Source: a virus
Lineage: Duplodnaviria; Caudoviricetes
Virus record (IMG/VR): IMGVR_UViG_3300032305_001986
Location: 1 to 44,713 of that record
DNA length: 44,713 bases
Strand: one strand, 5' to 3'
Both the position numbers and the translations under genes were made by a program. Below the pieces are notes generated by a model that worked only from the letters and a program-made list of their open reading frames with translations, had not been told where the DNA came from and searched no databases. Below are positions 27,618-36,034 of this stretch, one piece after another. The first letter of the stretch is position 1, and the number at the start of each line of letters is the position of its first letter.

Positions 27618-28255
27618 GGTGCCTCAATCACTGCTTCTGGATTTGCAAATCCAAATAGCGGCAGGAAGAAAAACGGCTGATTTCGTTCCCGCATAACAGC
27701 AGCACCTTGAATTTCATTGGAAGCCCAGGACGCTTCCCAGCCCGCTTCCCAGCCCGCTTCCCAGGCCGCTTCCCAGGCCGCTTCCCTGGCCGCTTCCCAG
27801 GCCGCTTCTTCCCTGGCCGCTGCCCTGGCCGCTGCCCTGGCCGCTTCCCTGGCCGCTTCTCTGGTCGCTTCCCTGGTCGCTTCCCTGGCCGCTGCCCTGG
27901 CCGCTGGTGTCATGCGATCAAGATGCCACCAAAAAGCAAGTACCACTTGCGCTTGATCTCCTAAAATTTGCTCAGGATTACGAATGACACTAGAAGGCGC
28001 ACCTTGTTGCTTGTCGTTGATAATGCGCAACAAGACCGAATGGGCGCGGCTGATGCCAAACAATTCAGCAACTTTCTTGTCAGCCGCAGCTTGATTGACA
28101 CGGCGCAATTCTTCAACGGTTAACCCGCCAATAAAATGCAACGCTTGCCCTTGGGCGCACATGCAAGAGCCATCTTCACTTACAAGACTGCCCTTAAAGG
28201 GGATATTTCCAGGCCAGTAATCAAGAAGTTCTTCGACTGTGGTTGGCGTAGTCAT
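27614..28255 (-). CDS. hypothetical protein with internal AARE/AAWE tetrapeptide repeats
   Basis: 213 aa; AT-rich unique flanks around a GC-rich 12-bp tandem array. Confidence 0.7.
   Translation of the reverse strand: MTTPTTVEELLDYWPGNIPFKGSLVSEDGSCMCAQGQALHFIGGLTVEELRRVNQAAADKKVAELFGISRAHSVLLRIINDKQQGAPSSVIRNPEQILGDQAQVVLAFWWHLDRMTPAARAAAREATREATREAAREAARAAARAAAREEAAWEAAREAAWEAAWEAGWEAGWEASWASNEIQGAAVMRERNQPFFFLPLFGFANPEAVIEAP
27722..27905. repeat. in-frame 12-bp tandem repeat (about 15 degenerate units)
   Basis: Units such as GCCGCTTCCCAG / GCCGCTTCCCTG / GCCGCTGCCCTG. Confidence 0.9.
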
Positions 28256-28314
28256 CGGAGAATGAAAATAAGTGGTGGGTGGTGCCGGGATGGGCTCTCG
28301 GCGGGGCGCTCAAC

Positions 28315-28497
28315 TCAAGCCGCCAGCGCCCTCCGAACCGTCGACCGGGAACACCCCAGTCGATCGGCGATGCGCTGCTGCGTCCATCCGTCGCGGCGCC
28401 AGCGTTGGGCGCGTTGCTGGCGGGACTCGGTGGCCCACAGCAGGAACAGAGCAGGCAGCAGCAGCAGTACCAGGATGGTGCAGGTGATAGTGGTCAT
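28315..28497 (-). CDS. membrane-anchored HTH protein (60 aa)
   Basis: MTTITCTILVLLLLPALFLLWA (TM helix) followed by GWTQQRIADRLGCSRSTVRRAL (HTH). Confidence 0.75.
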   Translation of the reverse strand: MTTITCTILVLLLLPALFLLWATESRQQRAQRWRRDGWTQQRIADRLGCSRSTVRRALAA

Positions 28498-28550
28498 GGC
28501 GGGAATGGTGGATGGGCAGCCAGCGCCGCGCACGGGCTGCTGACCCCCAT

Positions 28551-28580
28551 ACCCTACCGCATAGGTTCCGGTTTCGCACC
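28551..28580 (-). promoter_or_regulatory. putative early/middle promoter with 17-bp box
   Basis: Minus strand reads GGTGCGAAACCGGAACC-TATGCGG-TAGGGT. Confidence 0.65.
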
Positions 28581-28727
28581 TTTCCATGCCGATGATCTGG
28601 TCCACTGCTCACCAGGTCGGACCTCATCCCAGGGGATCAACATGCCGGGGAGCTGCGGACCCCAGCGCACCATGCCGAACGGGTCGGCGTCGGCTGGGGT
28701 TGGTGGGGTGGTGTGCCATTGGGTCAC
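28554..28727 (-). CDS. small hypothetical protein (57 aa)
   Basis: GTG start, MTQWHTTPPTPADADPFGMVRW...EPMR*, coupled to the upstream stop. Not in the ORF track. Confidence 0.55.
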   Translation of the reverse strand: MTQWHTTPPTPADADPFGMVRWGPQLPGMLIPWDEVRPGEQWTRSSAWKGAKPEPMR

Positions 28728-29125
28728 AGCTCAGCCCTCCGCACCGCGTCCACGCCAGCCTGGGCAACCTCAAACGCGCTGCCGTGGCTCCAGTAGCTGG
28801 GCACTAGGCCACCCTCTACAGCCATGTCTCGCCGGAACTGATCGATTAGTCTCAGCTGCCTGTAGGTGTACGGCTGGACTTGCGGTTGTGCAATCGCACG
28901 TTCCTGCATCGCACGCTCCATTGCGTCCTGCGCAATCATCGCCGCCGCAACCCATCCCGCTGTATCCGGTGTCACGTTATGCCGCGTGCGGTAGTGGCCA
29001 GGTTCGGGGCAGTGAATTAGCCGAAAGCTGCCTGTCTTCATGGCGTCATGATCGGCGCTCCAGTCGGTGCCGTTGCCCCACGGGATGTAACGCCTGCCGT
29101 GTTTGATGTAGAGCTGGTGGGTCAC
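28724..29125 (-). CDS. hypothetical protein
   Basis: MTHQLYIKHGRRYIPWG...; GTG 29125 overlaps the upstream stop. Confidence 0.6.
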   Translation of the reverse strand: MTHQLYIKHGRRYIPWGNGTDWSADHDAMKTGSFRLIHCPEPGHYRTRHNVTPDTAGWVAAAMIAQDAMERAMQERAIAQPQVQPYTYRQLRLIDQFRRDMAVEGGLVPSYWSHGSAFEVAQAGVDAVRRAEL

Positions 29126-29295
29126 TCCCGCCCCTCCTGCCGCAGCTCGGCGGCGAGCACTGCACGGGCAAACTGGCACAGTTCGCGCTTCGCAGTAGCT
29201 CGTCGTTCGTAGTCACAGCCAGAAAGGTATTCAACCGCGTGAGGGATCTCTTGTTGAGCTAGCTCCCAGATTTGCCGATTGGTAAGCCTTGCCAT
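29122..29295 (-). CDS. small hypothetical protein (57 aa)
   Basis: MARLTNRQIWELAQQE...FARAVLAAELRQEGRE*, coupled on both sides. Not in the ORF track. Confidence 0.55.
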   Translation of the reverse strand: MARLTNRQIWELAQQEIPHAVEYLSGCDYERRATAKRELCQFARAVLAAELRQEGRE

Positions 29296-29633
29296 CACCC
29301 CACCTCCGCGCCGGGCACCGGCAGGGCGTAGCGGGTGAGGACGGCGCGGGCATATTCCAGCGCGACCGTGTTGAGAACTACTCTAAAAAGGCCCGGCTTG
29401 ACATTGCCGCCGGTCGCCGTGGAGTACACATCGGAAACAGCCGCAAACTCATCCCTCATGGCCTTGGGCATCAGCCCCAGCAACTCCTCATCACTCAACC
29501 CCACCACCTCAGGCTCGGGCTGGGATAGGTGCAGATAAGACAGCACAGTCGCCCATGCTTCGCCTACCGGAGTATCGGATTCGGTAAATCCTGAGCAGCT
29601 TTCAATGACGTCGATTGCCGTGGAAAGGTTCAT
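29295..29633 (-). CDS. hypothetical protein
   Basis: MNLSTAIDVIESCSG...LSQPEPEVVGLSDEELL...YARAVLTRY. Confidence 0.6.
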   Translation of the reverse strand: MNLSTAIDVIESCSGFTESDTPVGEAWATVLSYLHLSQPEPEVVGLSDEELLGLMPKAMRDEFAAVSDVYSTATGGNVKPGLFRVVLNTVALEYARAVLTRYALPVPGAEVG

Positions 29634-29715
29634 CGTGAAGACCTCCGAAGATAAACCGCCACGATGATGACCATGGCGATGAGTGTAATAACGCTGTCGC
29701 TGTCGCTGTTGAGCA

Positions 29716-29991
29716 TCATGACTGCAACCCATCCAACCAATCCGCCACCTGGCTAGAACCGCCGTGGCGTTCTCTGAGCACCTGGCCCAGCTCTAGGGCA
29801 ACGGCGACGGCGAACCGGCGGCAGCCATGGCAGGGGGTGCGGCACCGCCACCTGTGCAAGGTCTGCATCGGGCAGGCAGCCTGGGCCAGGCGGTGGCTTA
29901 GCGGCGGTGGGCGCTTGCCCTGGTCGCTGGTGGCAGGGGCGGTGGCGACGCGGGCCATGGCCTGCTGGGTGGGGGTGGTGTAGGTGATCAT
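29716..29991 (-). CDS. hypothetical Cys-containing protein
   Basis: MITYTTPTQQAMARVATAP...CRTPCHGC...HGGSSQVADWLDG; 3' part of ORF 29716..30201. Confidence 0.55.
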   Translation of the reverse strand: MITYTTPTQQAMARVATAPATSDQGKRPPPLSHRLAQAACPMQTLHRWRCRTPCHGCRRFAVAVALELGQVLRERHGGSSQVADWLDGLQS

Positions 29992-30131
29992 CGCGGGGTT
30001 GGGTTGTGGATGCGGTCGTGAATAATCCGGCGCAGGAGTTGATTCATCCCCTCGCCTGGCCGGAGCTGGCGGCGGAGAGCCTCGACCTCGGGGAGGGGGA
30101 GGAGGAGGGTTAGGCGGCGGGTTTCGGTCAT
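29988..30131 (-). CDS. small ribbon-helix-helix-like protein (47 aa)
   Basis: MTETRRLTLLLPLPEVEALRRQLRPGEGMNQLLRRIIHDRI, with ATGA coupling on both sides. Not in the ORF track. Confidence 0.55.
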   Translation of the reverse strand: MTETRRLTLLLPLPEVEALRRQLRPGEGMNQLLRRIIHDRIHNPTPR

Positions 30132-31153
30132 GAGGTGGCGAGGGAAAGCAGTGACGGCTGCTGCGTGCCGACGCAGGCCGGCGACAGCCAGAGCCGCTCA
30201 CGGCGCCCGTTGGCGGGGTTGACGCTGTAGCCGGCCCCCCTTCCTGCCTTGCCTTCGGTCACGGCCCAGCCATGGCCCAGCAGTGCGTCGTGTTCGTCGT
30301 CGTAGCCGCAGATGATGACGCGCAGCTCACGCGGTGCGGCCATGCACCACTCGCGCACGGCGATGGCAACATCACCGCCGGCATGGGTATAGAGGTCGCC
30401 GCTGGTGGCATAGGGCGGGTCGAGGAAGATGGCGCGGCTGCCATCGCCGCCTGTGCCGCTGCGGGTGACGGACGTTTTTACCACCCGCTCCCATGATCCG
30501 CAAGTGATCCGAACCCTGTGCAGCCGATCCGCAAGCGTCCTCATGTACGCCTGCAGTTGGCCTCGCCCAGCGTCACCCAGGTGCGGCAGTTCCCGGTTCA
30601 CGCCTCGCCCAGCGTCACCCAGGTGCGGCAGTTCCCGGTTCACGCCTCGCCCAGCGTTACCCAGGTGCGGCAGTTCCCGGTTCACGCCTCGCCCAGCGTT
30701 ACCCTCTTTACGCAGGTGGCCATCGACCACGCGCCAGGGGCCGGGGCCGAAAGGATCGCCGATTCCGCAGGCCAGAACGTACAACCACCATCCGGCGGCC
30801 TTGGCGTCGTAAACCTCGGGGTCGCCTTCTAGCCATGCCACTAGGTCAGGCGTGCGGCGTTGCTGCAGCCAGGCCAAGCGGGCGTGATAGTCGATCTCCG
30901 TCACTGGCCCCCATGCGTGCGCGGCGACCTGATCAGGGCTGAGCTGAATTGCCCGCCAAGCGTTGACCAGCCAGCCGTCTGCATCATTGAGCGTTTCAAC
31001 GCGCCGCCCTTTGAACGGCGGTCGTGCCAGCAAGACCGCCGCCGATCCTGCGAACGGCTCGACGTAGCCGGACGGGTCGCCCAGCGCCTGCCAGACTCGC
31101 GATGCAGCGCGGCGCTTGCCGCCAAAGTATGGGAATGGTGCGGCCAGGCTCAC
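30128..31153 (-). CDS. DNA adenine methyltransferase (D12/Dam-like class)
   Basis: PFPYFGGK, YVEPFAGSAAV (SAM binding), LNDADG and FLDPPY (catalytic). Confidence 0.92.
   Translation of the reverse strand: MSLAAPFPYFGGKRRAASRVWQALGDPSGYVEPFAGSAAVLLARPPFKGRRVETLNDADGWLVNAWRAIQLSPDQVAAHAWGPVTEIDYHARLAWLQQRRTPDLVAWLEGDPEVYDAKAAGWWLYVLACGIGDPFGPGPWRVVDGHLRKEGNAGRGVNRELPHLGNAGRGVNRELPHLGDAGRGVNRELPHLGDAGRGQLQAYMRTLADRLHRVRITCGSWERVVKTSVTRSGTGGDGSRAIFLDPPYATSGDLYTHAGGDVAIAVREWCMAAPRELRVIICGYDDEHDALLGHGWAVTEGKAGRGAGYSVNPANGRRERLWLSPACVGTQQPSLLSLATS
30560..30704. repeat. 42-bp tandem repeat, about 3.5 copies, inside the methyltransferase
   Basis: GCCTCGCCCAGCGT(C/T)ACCCAGGTGCGGCAGTTCCCGGTTCAC at 30560, 30602 and 30644, partial at 30686. 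Encodes G(N/D)AGRGVNRELPHL. Confidence 0.95.
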
Positions 31154-31278
31154 AGCTCCCCCTCCCCCACCAACCGCTCACACAGCGCCCACCAGAGCGA
31201 TGTGGCGAGGACGGCGGTGCCGATGATGGCCAGCACGGCGATGATCTCGACCATGCCGGCGAGAATGCAGAGGGTCAT
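31150..31278 (-). CDS. small membrane protein (42 aa)
   Basis: [34 protein letters not shown]..., coupled on both sides. Confidence 0.55.
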   Translation of the reverse strand: MTLCILAGMVEIIAVLAIIGTAVLATSLWWALCERLVGEGEL

Positions 31279-31778
31279 GGCTGGGCCTCCAGCACCACCC
31301 TAGTAGCCGGCGATGCGTCGATCAGCTGCAGCACTAACGCGCCATAGCGTGACCACCATTCCGTTGCATTGCTATCCATCGCAGCGATCCATCGTAGGTC
31401 GGCAGTACGCCACTTTTCAATGGCGTGTTGCTGGCAGCCGATAGCCAGCACATCGGCGGACCATGTAACCGCCCATGTATCAAATTGCGCAGATTTAATC
31501 TCGCGCATGTTGCCAATGGCCCCGCGCAGGTCGGCCCCGCGCAGGTTGGCCCCGCGCAGGTCGACGTCGTGCAGGTTGGCCCCGCTCAGGTTGGCCCCGC
31601 GCAGGTCGACGTCGCGCAGGTTGGCCCCGCGCAGGTTGGCCCCGCTCAGGTTGGCCCCGCTCAGGTTGGCCCCGCGCAGGTTGGCCCCGCTCAGGTTGGC
31701 GTCGAGGAATTCAATCCGCTTGCCGCCATCGCCGCGGCACCATGATGCGTGCTGCTGGAGCTGTTCGGGTGTAATCAC
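31275..31778 (-). CDS. pentapeptide repeat protein
   Basis: About 12 A(N/D)L(S/R)G-type repeats, then a C-terminal [13 protein letters not shown] domain. Confidence 0.9.
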   Translation of the reverse strand: MITPEQLQQHASWCRGDGGKRIEFLDANLSGANLRGANLSGANLSGANLRGANLRDVDLRGANLSGANLHDVDLRGANLRGADLRGAIGNMREIKSAQFDTWAVTWSADVLAIGCQQHAIEKWRTADLRWIAAMDSNATEWWSRYGALVLQLIDASPATRVVLEAQP

Positions 31779-32053
31779 GCCTCCACCTCCGTCACCTTCC
31801 GGCGCAGGGTCTGGAGCGACGTGGCGTTCAGGCCGGCACCGTCGAGGGACTGCAACTGATCGGCGATCAGCAGCAGGATCCGTTCGCGTTCGCGCTCGGC
31901 GCCGATGCCAATGCCGATCTCCAGTACAGGCGGGCAGATTTCCTCTGCTGCCTGTGCCAGTTCTCGCTCTCTCTGATCCAGCTCAGCCAGCCGCAGCTCT
32001 GCCTGGATCTCCAGGCAGTCGACGGTCTGGCGCAGGGCGGTGAGGGTTCCCAT
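31775..32053 (-). CDS. hypothetical coiled-coil protein
   Basis: 92 aa, coupled to ssb. Confidence 0.65.
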   Translation of the reverse strand: MGTLTALRQTVDCLEIQAELRLAELDQRERELAQAAEEICPPVLEIGIGIGAERERERILLLIADQLQSLDGAGLNATSLQTLRRKVTEVEA

Positions 32054-32493
32054 CAGAACGGAACTCCCTCATCGCTAGCGGGGCCGTTGCCGAGCCAGTT
32101 CTGGGTTGGGGCGGGGGCTGGTGTGTTGGTGGGGGCAGCAGCAGGAGGCGAGGCCGGTGACTCACCGCCAAACCCTTGCTCGCTGTCCTTCTTGCTGCCC
32201 AGCAGCTGGAGGCGGTCGACGCGCACAACAGGCTTGGTGCGCTCCTGGCCAGTGGTGCGGTCGGTCCATTTCTCGATGTGACACGAGCCGATCACGCCGA
32301 TCTGCGAGCCCTTGCGCACGTAGTCAGCGGCTACCTGGGCCTGCTTGCCCCAGATTTCCAGGTTGAACCAGTCGGGGTCTTCGTCCTTTTTCCGATTCAC
32401 CGCAAGGGTGAGATTGGCCACCATCGTTCCGCTCTCGAAGTAACGGACTTCGGGATCGCGACCGGCGCGGCCTACAAGTGTGATGCAATTCAT
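32053..32493 (-). CDS. ssb: single-stranded DNA-binding protein
   Basis: MNCITLVGRAGRDPEVRYFESG...WFNLEIWGKQAQVAADYVRKGS with acidic tail DEGVPF; cyanobacterial-like. Confidence 0.96.
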   Translation of the reverse strand: MNCITLVGRAGRDPEVRYFESGTMVANLTLAVNRKKDEDPDWFNLEIWGKQAQVAADYVRKGSQIGVIGSCHIEKWTDRTTGQERTKPVVRVDRLQLLGSKKDSEQGFGGESPASPPAAAPTNTPAPAPTQNWLGNGPASDEGVPF

Positions 32494-32535
32494 GGTGCTG
32501 GGGGGGGTAAGAAACCGGTTATGCAGCCCAACAGG

Positions 32536-33180
32536 TCACGGGGACCTGAAGGCGGCAGGCAGGTCGTCAGGGTCTTCGGTGGGCTCAGTCGTGGCGGCAG
32601 GATTGCACTTCGCCACGGTCTCGGCGCTGATGCCCTGCTGAATGATGCGGTCGAGGGTCTGGCGGGGCAGCTGGGCCAAGGCGCTGGCCTGGCCTTCGCT
32701 GACCATTTGGCAGAACGCGGTGATGCCCTCGAACGTCAGGCCAGCCGCTACGCACGCATCAGCGGCCTGCTTTACCGGGTCAACCGGTGCGGCCAGCTGG
32801 ATCGGCTGCACCTTGTAGGGCGAGCGTTTCTGCCGAGTAACGGTCAAGGCGATGGACAGCGGGCTATCGAGGTGCGAGAGGTGCGAGATGCGAATCCCGC
32901 CCACCTTGATACCGCCGTACGACACCTCGGGGTCACGGAATAGCGTTACGCCGCGGCCCACGTACTCGCGAGCATCGGCACCCCAGGCGGCCACCATGAC
33001 ACGGCGCATGGACTTGCACGGATACCACGGCTTGCCCTGGTCGCCCTCGTAGCTGATCGCTACGGGCTGCTCTGCTGTGCCTGCTGAGACGCTGGTGATT
33101 GTGATGGTCAGCGGGCCGGCAATCAGGTCGTCGGTTGTCAGCTGGTTGGACTTCGCCACCAGCGTTGGTGTCATGTCCAT
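32536..33180 (-). CDS. putative recombination-associated protein (partner of YqaJ exonuclease)
   Basis: KSNQLTTDDL...KPWYPCKSMRRV...GGIRISHLSH; lies between the exonuclease and ssb. Confidence 0.55.
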   Translation of the reverse strand: MDMTPTLVAKSNQLTTDDLIAGPLTITITSVSAGTAEQPVAISYEGDQGKPWYPCKSMRRVMVAAWGADAREYVGRGVTLFRDPEVSYGGIKVGGIRISHLSHLDSPLSIALTVTRQKRSPYKVQPIQLAAPVDPVKQAADACVAAGLTFEGITAFCQMVSEGQASALAQLPRQTLDRIIQQGISAETVAKCNPAATTEPTEDPDDLPAAFRSP

Positions 33181-33882
33181 TTAGATCACAATCTCCTGCT
33201 CAGGTTGGATGGGCTCAGTAGCCGGGAACCGTTCGGCGGCTTCCTCGTACAGCAGCATCAGCCGTGCCAGCTGTTCCTCTGCAGCCTGTGCTGCAAGGAC
33301 CAGCTGGGCGATCGTGATCTCATCACGCTGCACCCGCTTGATAAACAGCGGCAGCCCCGGCGCGTAGCTGATGAAGTCGGCCCATGCGCGACCCGTCACT
33401 GCCAGGCCGGTCTGTACTTGCGGGACGTACTCCGGCGGCATTTCGTTGGCCAGCATCGCGGCGAGGTGTTTCTTCTGCCGTGGTGCTTTGATCTCAATTA
33501 GGCCGTCATCGCCCACTAGGCCGTCCGGCGAATATCCCAGCTGAATCCCGCTTATGTGGCGCGTTACAAACCCGCACTCGCGCACTTCGCGGCCGGTGTG
33601 ATCGGCGTACAGGTCGCGAGCGCCTGGTTCCAGTAGGTGGCCGCGTGCCATGTCGTCGTTGTAGAAGGACGGCTCCGACTCGCCGGTGATCCGCTCGGCC
33701 AGCAGTTTGTAGATCGCCGTGCGGCTGGTGTCGTTGTTCGCAGGCTTGCCGGTTGCAGTGGCGAACACCCCAATGGTTGAGGCGGTGATCACGCCCCTAC
33801 GCAGCGCGTGCCATTTGTCGGTGCCCTGTTCGATCTCCCAGTGGTACCGGATCTCGGGCGGGGCCTTTGTGGCCTGGACCAT
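33181..33882 (-). CDS. YqaJ-like / lambda-exonuclease family protein
   Basis: EQGTDKWHALRRGVITAS, GHLLEP, YSPDGLV, IEIKAP and YVPQVQ. Start moved to ATG 33882 because a -10 box lies at 33906-33911. Confidence 0.92.
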   Translation of the reverse strand: MVQATKAPPEIRYHWEIEQGTDKWHALRRGVITASTIGVFATATGKPANNDTSRTAIYKLLAERITGESEPSFYNDDMARGHLLEPGARDLYADHTGREVRECGFVTRHISGIQLGYSPDGLVGDDGLIEIKAPRQKKHLAAMLANEMPPEYVPQVQTGLAVTGRAWADFISYAPGLPLFIKRVQRDEITIAQLVLAAQAAEEQLARLMLLYEEAAERFPATEPIQPEQEIVI

Positions 33883-33905
33883 GGCGGTGATGCGTTGGTT
33901 CCGCA

Positions 33906-33935
33906 ACTATAGCCCTAAGGTACCGCTTCTGCACC
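33906..33935 (-). promoter_or_regulatory. putative early/middle promoter with 17-bp box
   Basis: Minus strand reads GGTGCAGAAGCGGTACC-TTAGGGC-TATAGT. Confidence 0.65.
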
Positions 33936-34016
33936 CCCTAGGCTGCAGAATGTTACCGGGCACACGCGCACACACGCACCCCCCCCCACTAAAACCGAAC
34001 AACCGCCATAGACCCC

Positions 34017-34199
34017 ATGATTCAGGCCCACTGCGCCAATGCCGCCGACGCTGCCCAGCTCTGGCGGATGCTCTGCCACGCCTCAGATCTGGATTTCCAG
34101 CCGGTCGACGTGTACCTAGGGGGTGAGCTGGCCTACCGGATCATCAGGACCGCAGACGGCGATCAGTCAACAGTTCAGCCTGCAACTGCGCCGGGGTGA
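34017..34199 (+). CDS. small hypothetical protein
   Basis: 60 aa, downstream of a TAGGCT box, C/A-rich leader; convergent with and overlapping the next gene. Confidence 0.45.
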   Translation: MIQAHCANAADAAQLWRMLCHASDLDFQPVDVYLGGELAYRIIRTADGDQSTVQPATAPG

Positions 34200-34884
34200 A
34201 GGTCTCCAGCCGGCGCACCTGGCGGACCATCTCCGCCAGGGCGGCCAGCTCGCTTTCCAACTCCTTATGGCTCAGCGGCTCGCCCATCAGCAGTTCCTTC
34301 AGCCGCGCCTGCCTCACGTTGCTGCTGGCGGGATAGGCCGCCAGGAACTCTCGCAGCGCCTCACGGGGCCCCCATCCCTGCTCTGCCGCTAGATCATCCA
34401 GCAGATCCACCAGTCGCTCATTGGCCCGTTTCGCCTGGGTCTGGGTGAGGTGGCCGCCGACGTAGGGGAGCTCCAGCCGGCCCATCAGCAGGTTGGCGAA
34501 GTCGCCCAGGTCGAGGGGGCGTGCCGAATCGGAGGGCTTCGGTAGCCAGATCGTGTCGGCCACCCACTCGGGCCTGATGCCGTGCTCTGAGTACAGCCCA
34601 AACTCGCGGATGGCCTCCCGCTCGCTCTGGGTCTGCCATGTCCAGATGGCCCGGTTGGTTTGGGCCAGTGCATCGAGGTGGCGCAGGCCGGCGCCTCTGG
34701 ATTGCTTGGCGTTCTTGATTCGGGAGAAACTGCCCCCGTCGAATCCGGTTGTTTCCCCATAAGCCCAATGAACAAGGCTGGCCATCCGGTCCTGACTGAG
34801 CCCGTGCGCCAGCCAGTACGTGATGGCCGCGGCCAGCTGTTGCACGCCACGTTCCTGGCGCAGATCGGAGGTTTCTTGTTCCAT
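34144..34884 (-). CDS. putative XRE-type HTH regulator (repressor candidate)
   Basis: GLSQDRMASLV...GGSFSRIKNAK resembles an XRE helix-turn-helix; no S24 peptidase domain seen. Confidence 0.5.
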   Translation of the reverse strand: MEQETSDLRQERGVQQLAAAITYWLAHGLSQDRMASLVHWAYGETTGFDGGSFSRIKNAKQSRGAGLRHLDALAQTNRAIWTWQTQSEREAIREFGLYSEHGIRPEWVADTIWLPKPSDSARPLDLGDFANLLMGRLELPYVGGHLTQTQAKRANERLVDLLDDLAAEQGWGPREALREFLAAYPASSNVRQARLKELLMGEPLSHKELESELAALAEMVRQVRRLETFTPAQLQAELLTDRRLRS

Positions 34885-34910
34885 GTCACAACCGTAGCGG
34901 TTCCGCTTTA

Positions 34911-35309
34911 CTACCTCCCACGGAGAACCGTATTTGCATCCTCAACGCTGCGGACCACTGCCGCACAACCGCCTGCGCTGGTGATGTGGGCCAGGAAGCG
35001 GGCCTGCTCAGCGGTCGGCCTGCCCGTGGCTGACTTGACCTCCAGTGCCACGAACTGGGCCAGCCCGTTCACCTGGCGGTAGCCGATCAGGTCGGAGGAT
35101 CCGACGCACAGGCCGGCGTGCAGGGGGCGGGCGTTGCGTACCACCACGTCGCCAGGGCGGAGGGTGTGGCCGATGGCCTGCAGGTTTCCGGCGGTGATCC
35201 GCGTTGCCTGGCCCGCCCAGCCGGTGCCCACGTTGTTACGCCACAGCCTGGTGTCGCCAGAGCCGTGGGCCAAAAGGATGCGCTGCTGGGTGTTGTGCTC
35301 GCTGGCCAT
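34911..35309 (-). CDS. VRR-NUC domain nuclease
   Basis: SEHNTQQRI, LWRNNVG, GSSDLIG, ALEVKSATGRPTAEQARFL and AVVRSVEDA. Confidence 0.9.
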   Translation of the reverse strand: MASEHNTQQRILLAHGSGDTRLWRNNVGTGWAGQATRITAGNLQAIGHTLRPGDVVVRNARPLHAGLCVGSSDLIGYRQVNGLAQFVALEVKSATGRPTAEQARFLAHITSAGGCAAVVRSVEDANTVLRGR

Positions 35310-35361
35310 GGCTGACGGGTGGGGTTCCGGCAGTCAATGGAGGGGAATGTGACATTGCGTT

Positions 35362-35456
35362 AACTGGTCTGGTGTGGGGGTGGCATGGCGTAACGGGTGT
35401 GTTAAAGTAAGTACATCGGAGCCGAGAGGTTCCACCGCCACTCGCCAGCCGTGACC
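35362..35456 (+). repeat. 95-bp direct repeat, copy 1 (promoter/leader unit)
   Basis: Identical to 36251-36345 and runs through the GTG start codon. Confidence 0.95.
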
Positions 35457-35801
35457 GCTACCTTCAAGTTTTTCTGGAACGGCATCAAAGTCAACAACGG
35501 ACCCCTGCAGAAAGCCAGCTTCAGCATCGGCAACACCCTGAACCAACCCCAAGGCACGATCACGATCTACGCCAAGAACTACCGCCGGTTCTCCGCCGAA
35601 GTGTGCGAAGCGTTCGACGTGCAGAACGATTCCGACGGCATGACTGACTACTTTGAGACAGACCGGATTCGCGTCCGCCCTGATCACCCCTTCTACGCTC
35701 AAGCGCTCAAGGCGGTGCATGCCTCTGATGCCCACCACTTCAAGATGCAAGCCAAGCGGGAAGATCGCTGGGCCCAGCGCCGTCAGATGGCCACCGCCTG
35801 A
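35451..35801 (+). CDS. hypothetical protein (NDSDGMTDYF motif)
   Basis: 116 aa, starting at the GTG inside repeat copy 1. Confidence 0.75.
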   Translation: MTATFKFFWNGIKVNNGPLQKASFSIGNTLNQPQGTITIYAKNYRRFSAEVCEAFDVQNDSDGMTDYFETDRIRVRPDHPFYAQALKAVHASDAHHFKMQAKREDRWAQRRQMATA

Positions 35802-35857
35802 CCCCCACGGCCGGCCGAGAGCCCATCCCGGCAACTCATTCCACCGCATCGCCCGCA

Positions 35858-36034
35858 ATGACCACTGCAACAATCAAAGCTGGAGCAAAACTTCAATTTG
35901 CAACAGGTAATTGGGCAACTCTTAAAACCGATCAAACCGCTGAAATCATTTCAGAGCGTTACGGCATCTACAAAGTTCTAATCAACGGCAAAACATTTTC
36001 AGTGGATTACAAGCACGTTGAAACCCATGCCTGA
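35858..36034 (+). CDS. small AT-rich hypothetical protein (58 aa)
   Basis: MTTATIKAGAKLQFATGNWATLK...HVETHA*. Not in the ORF track. Confidence 0.6.
   Translation: MTTATIKAGAKLQFATGNWATLKTDQTAEIISERYGIYKVLINGKTFSVDYKHVETHA

Noticed and set aside
30560-30704. 42-bp repeats as a CRISPR array
   Set aside because: The units are directly adjacent with no unique spacers, stay in frame inside the MTase gene, and no cas genes are present.
31369-32043. Antisense ORFs with RLAPR or QVGPA repeats, and other long shadow ORFs (e.g. 1777-2526, 9779-10513, 24904-25578, 42467-43222)
   Set aside because: They are reverse-frame shadows of genuine genes in high-GC DNA.
35348-35365. TGTGA-containing sequence as a CRP/NtcA site (also near 22313)
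   Set aside because: Only one half-site matches and the second half is missing, so support is insufficient.
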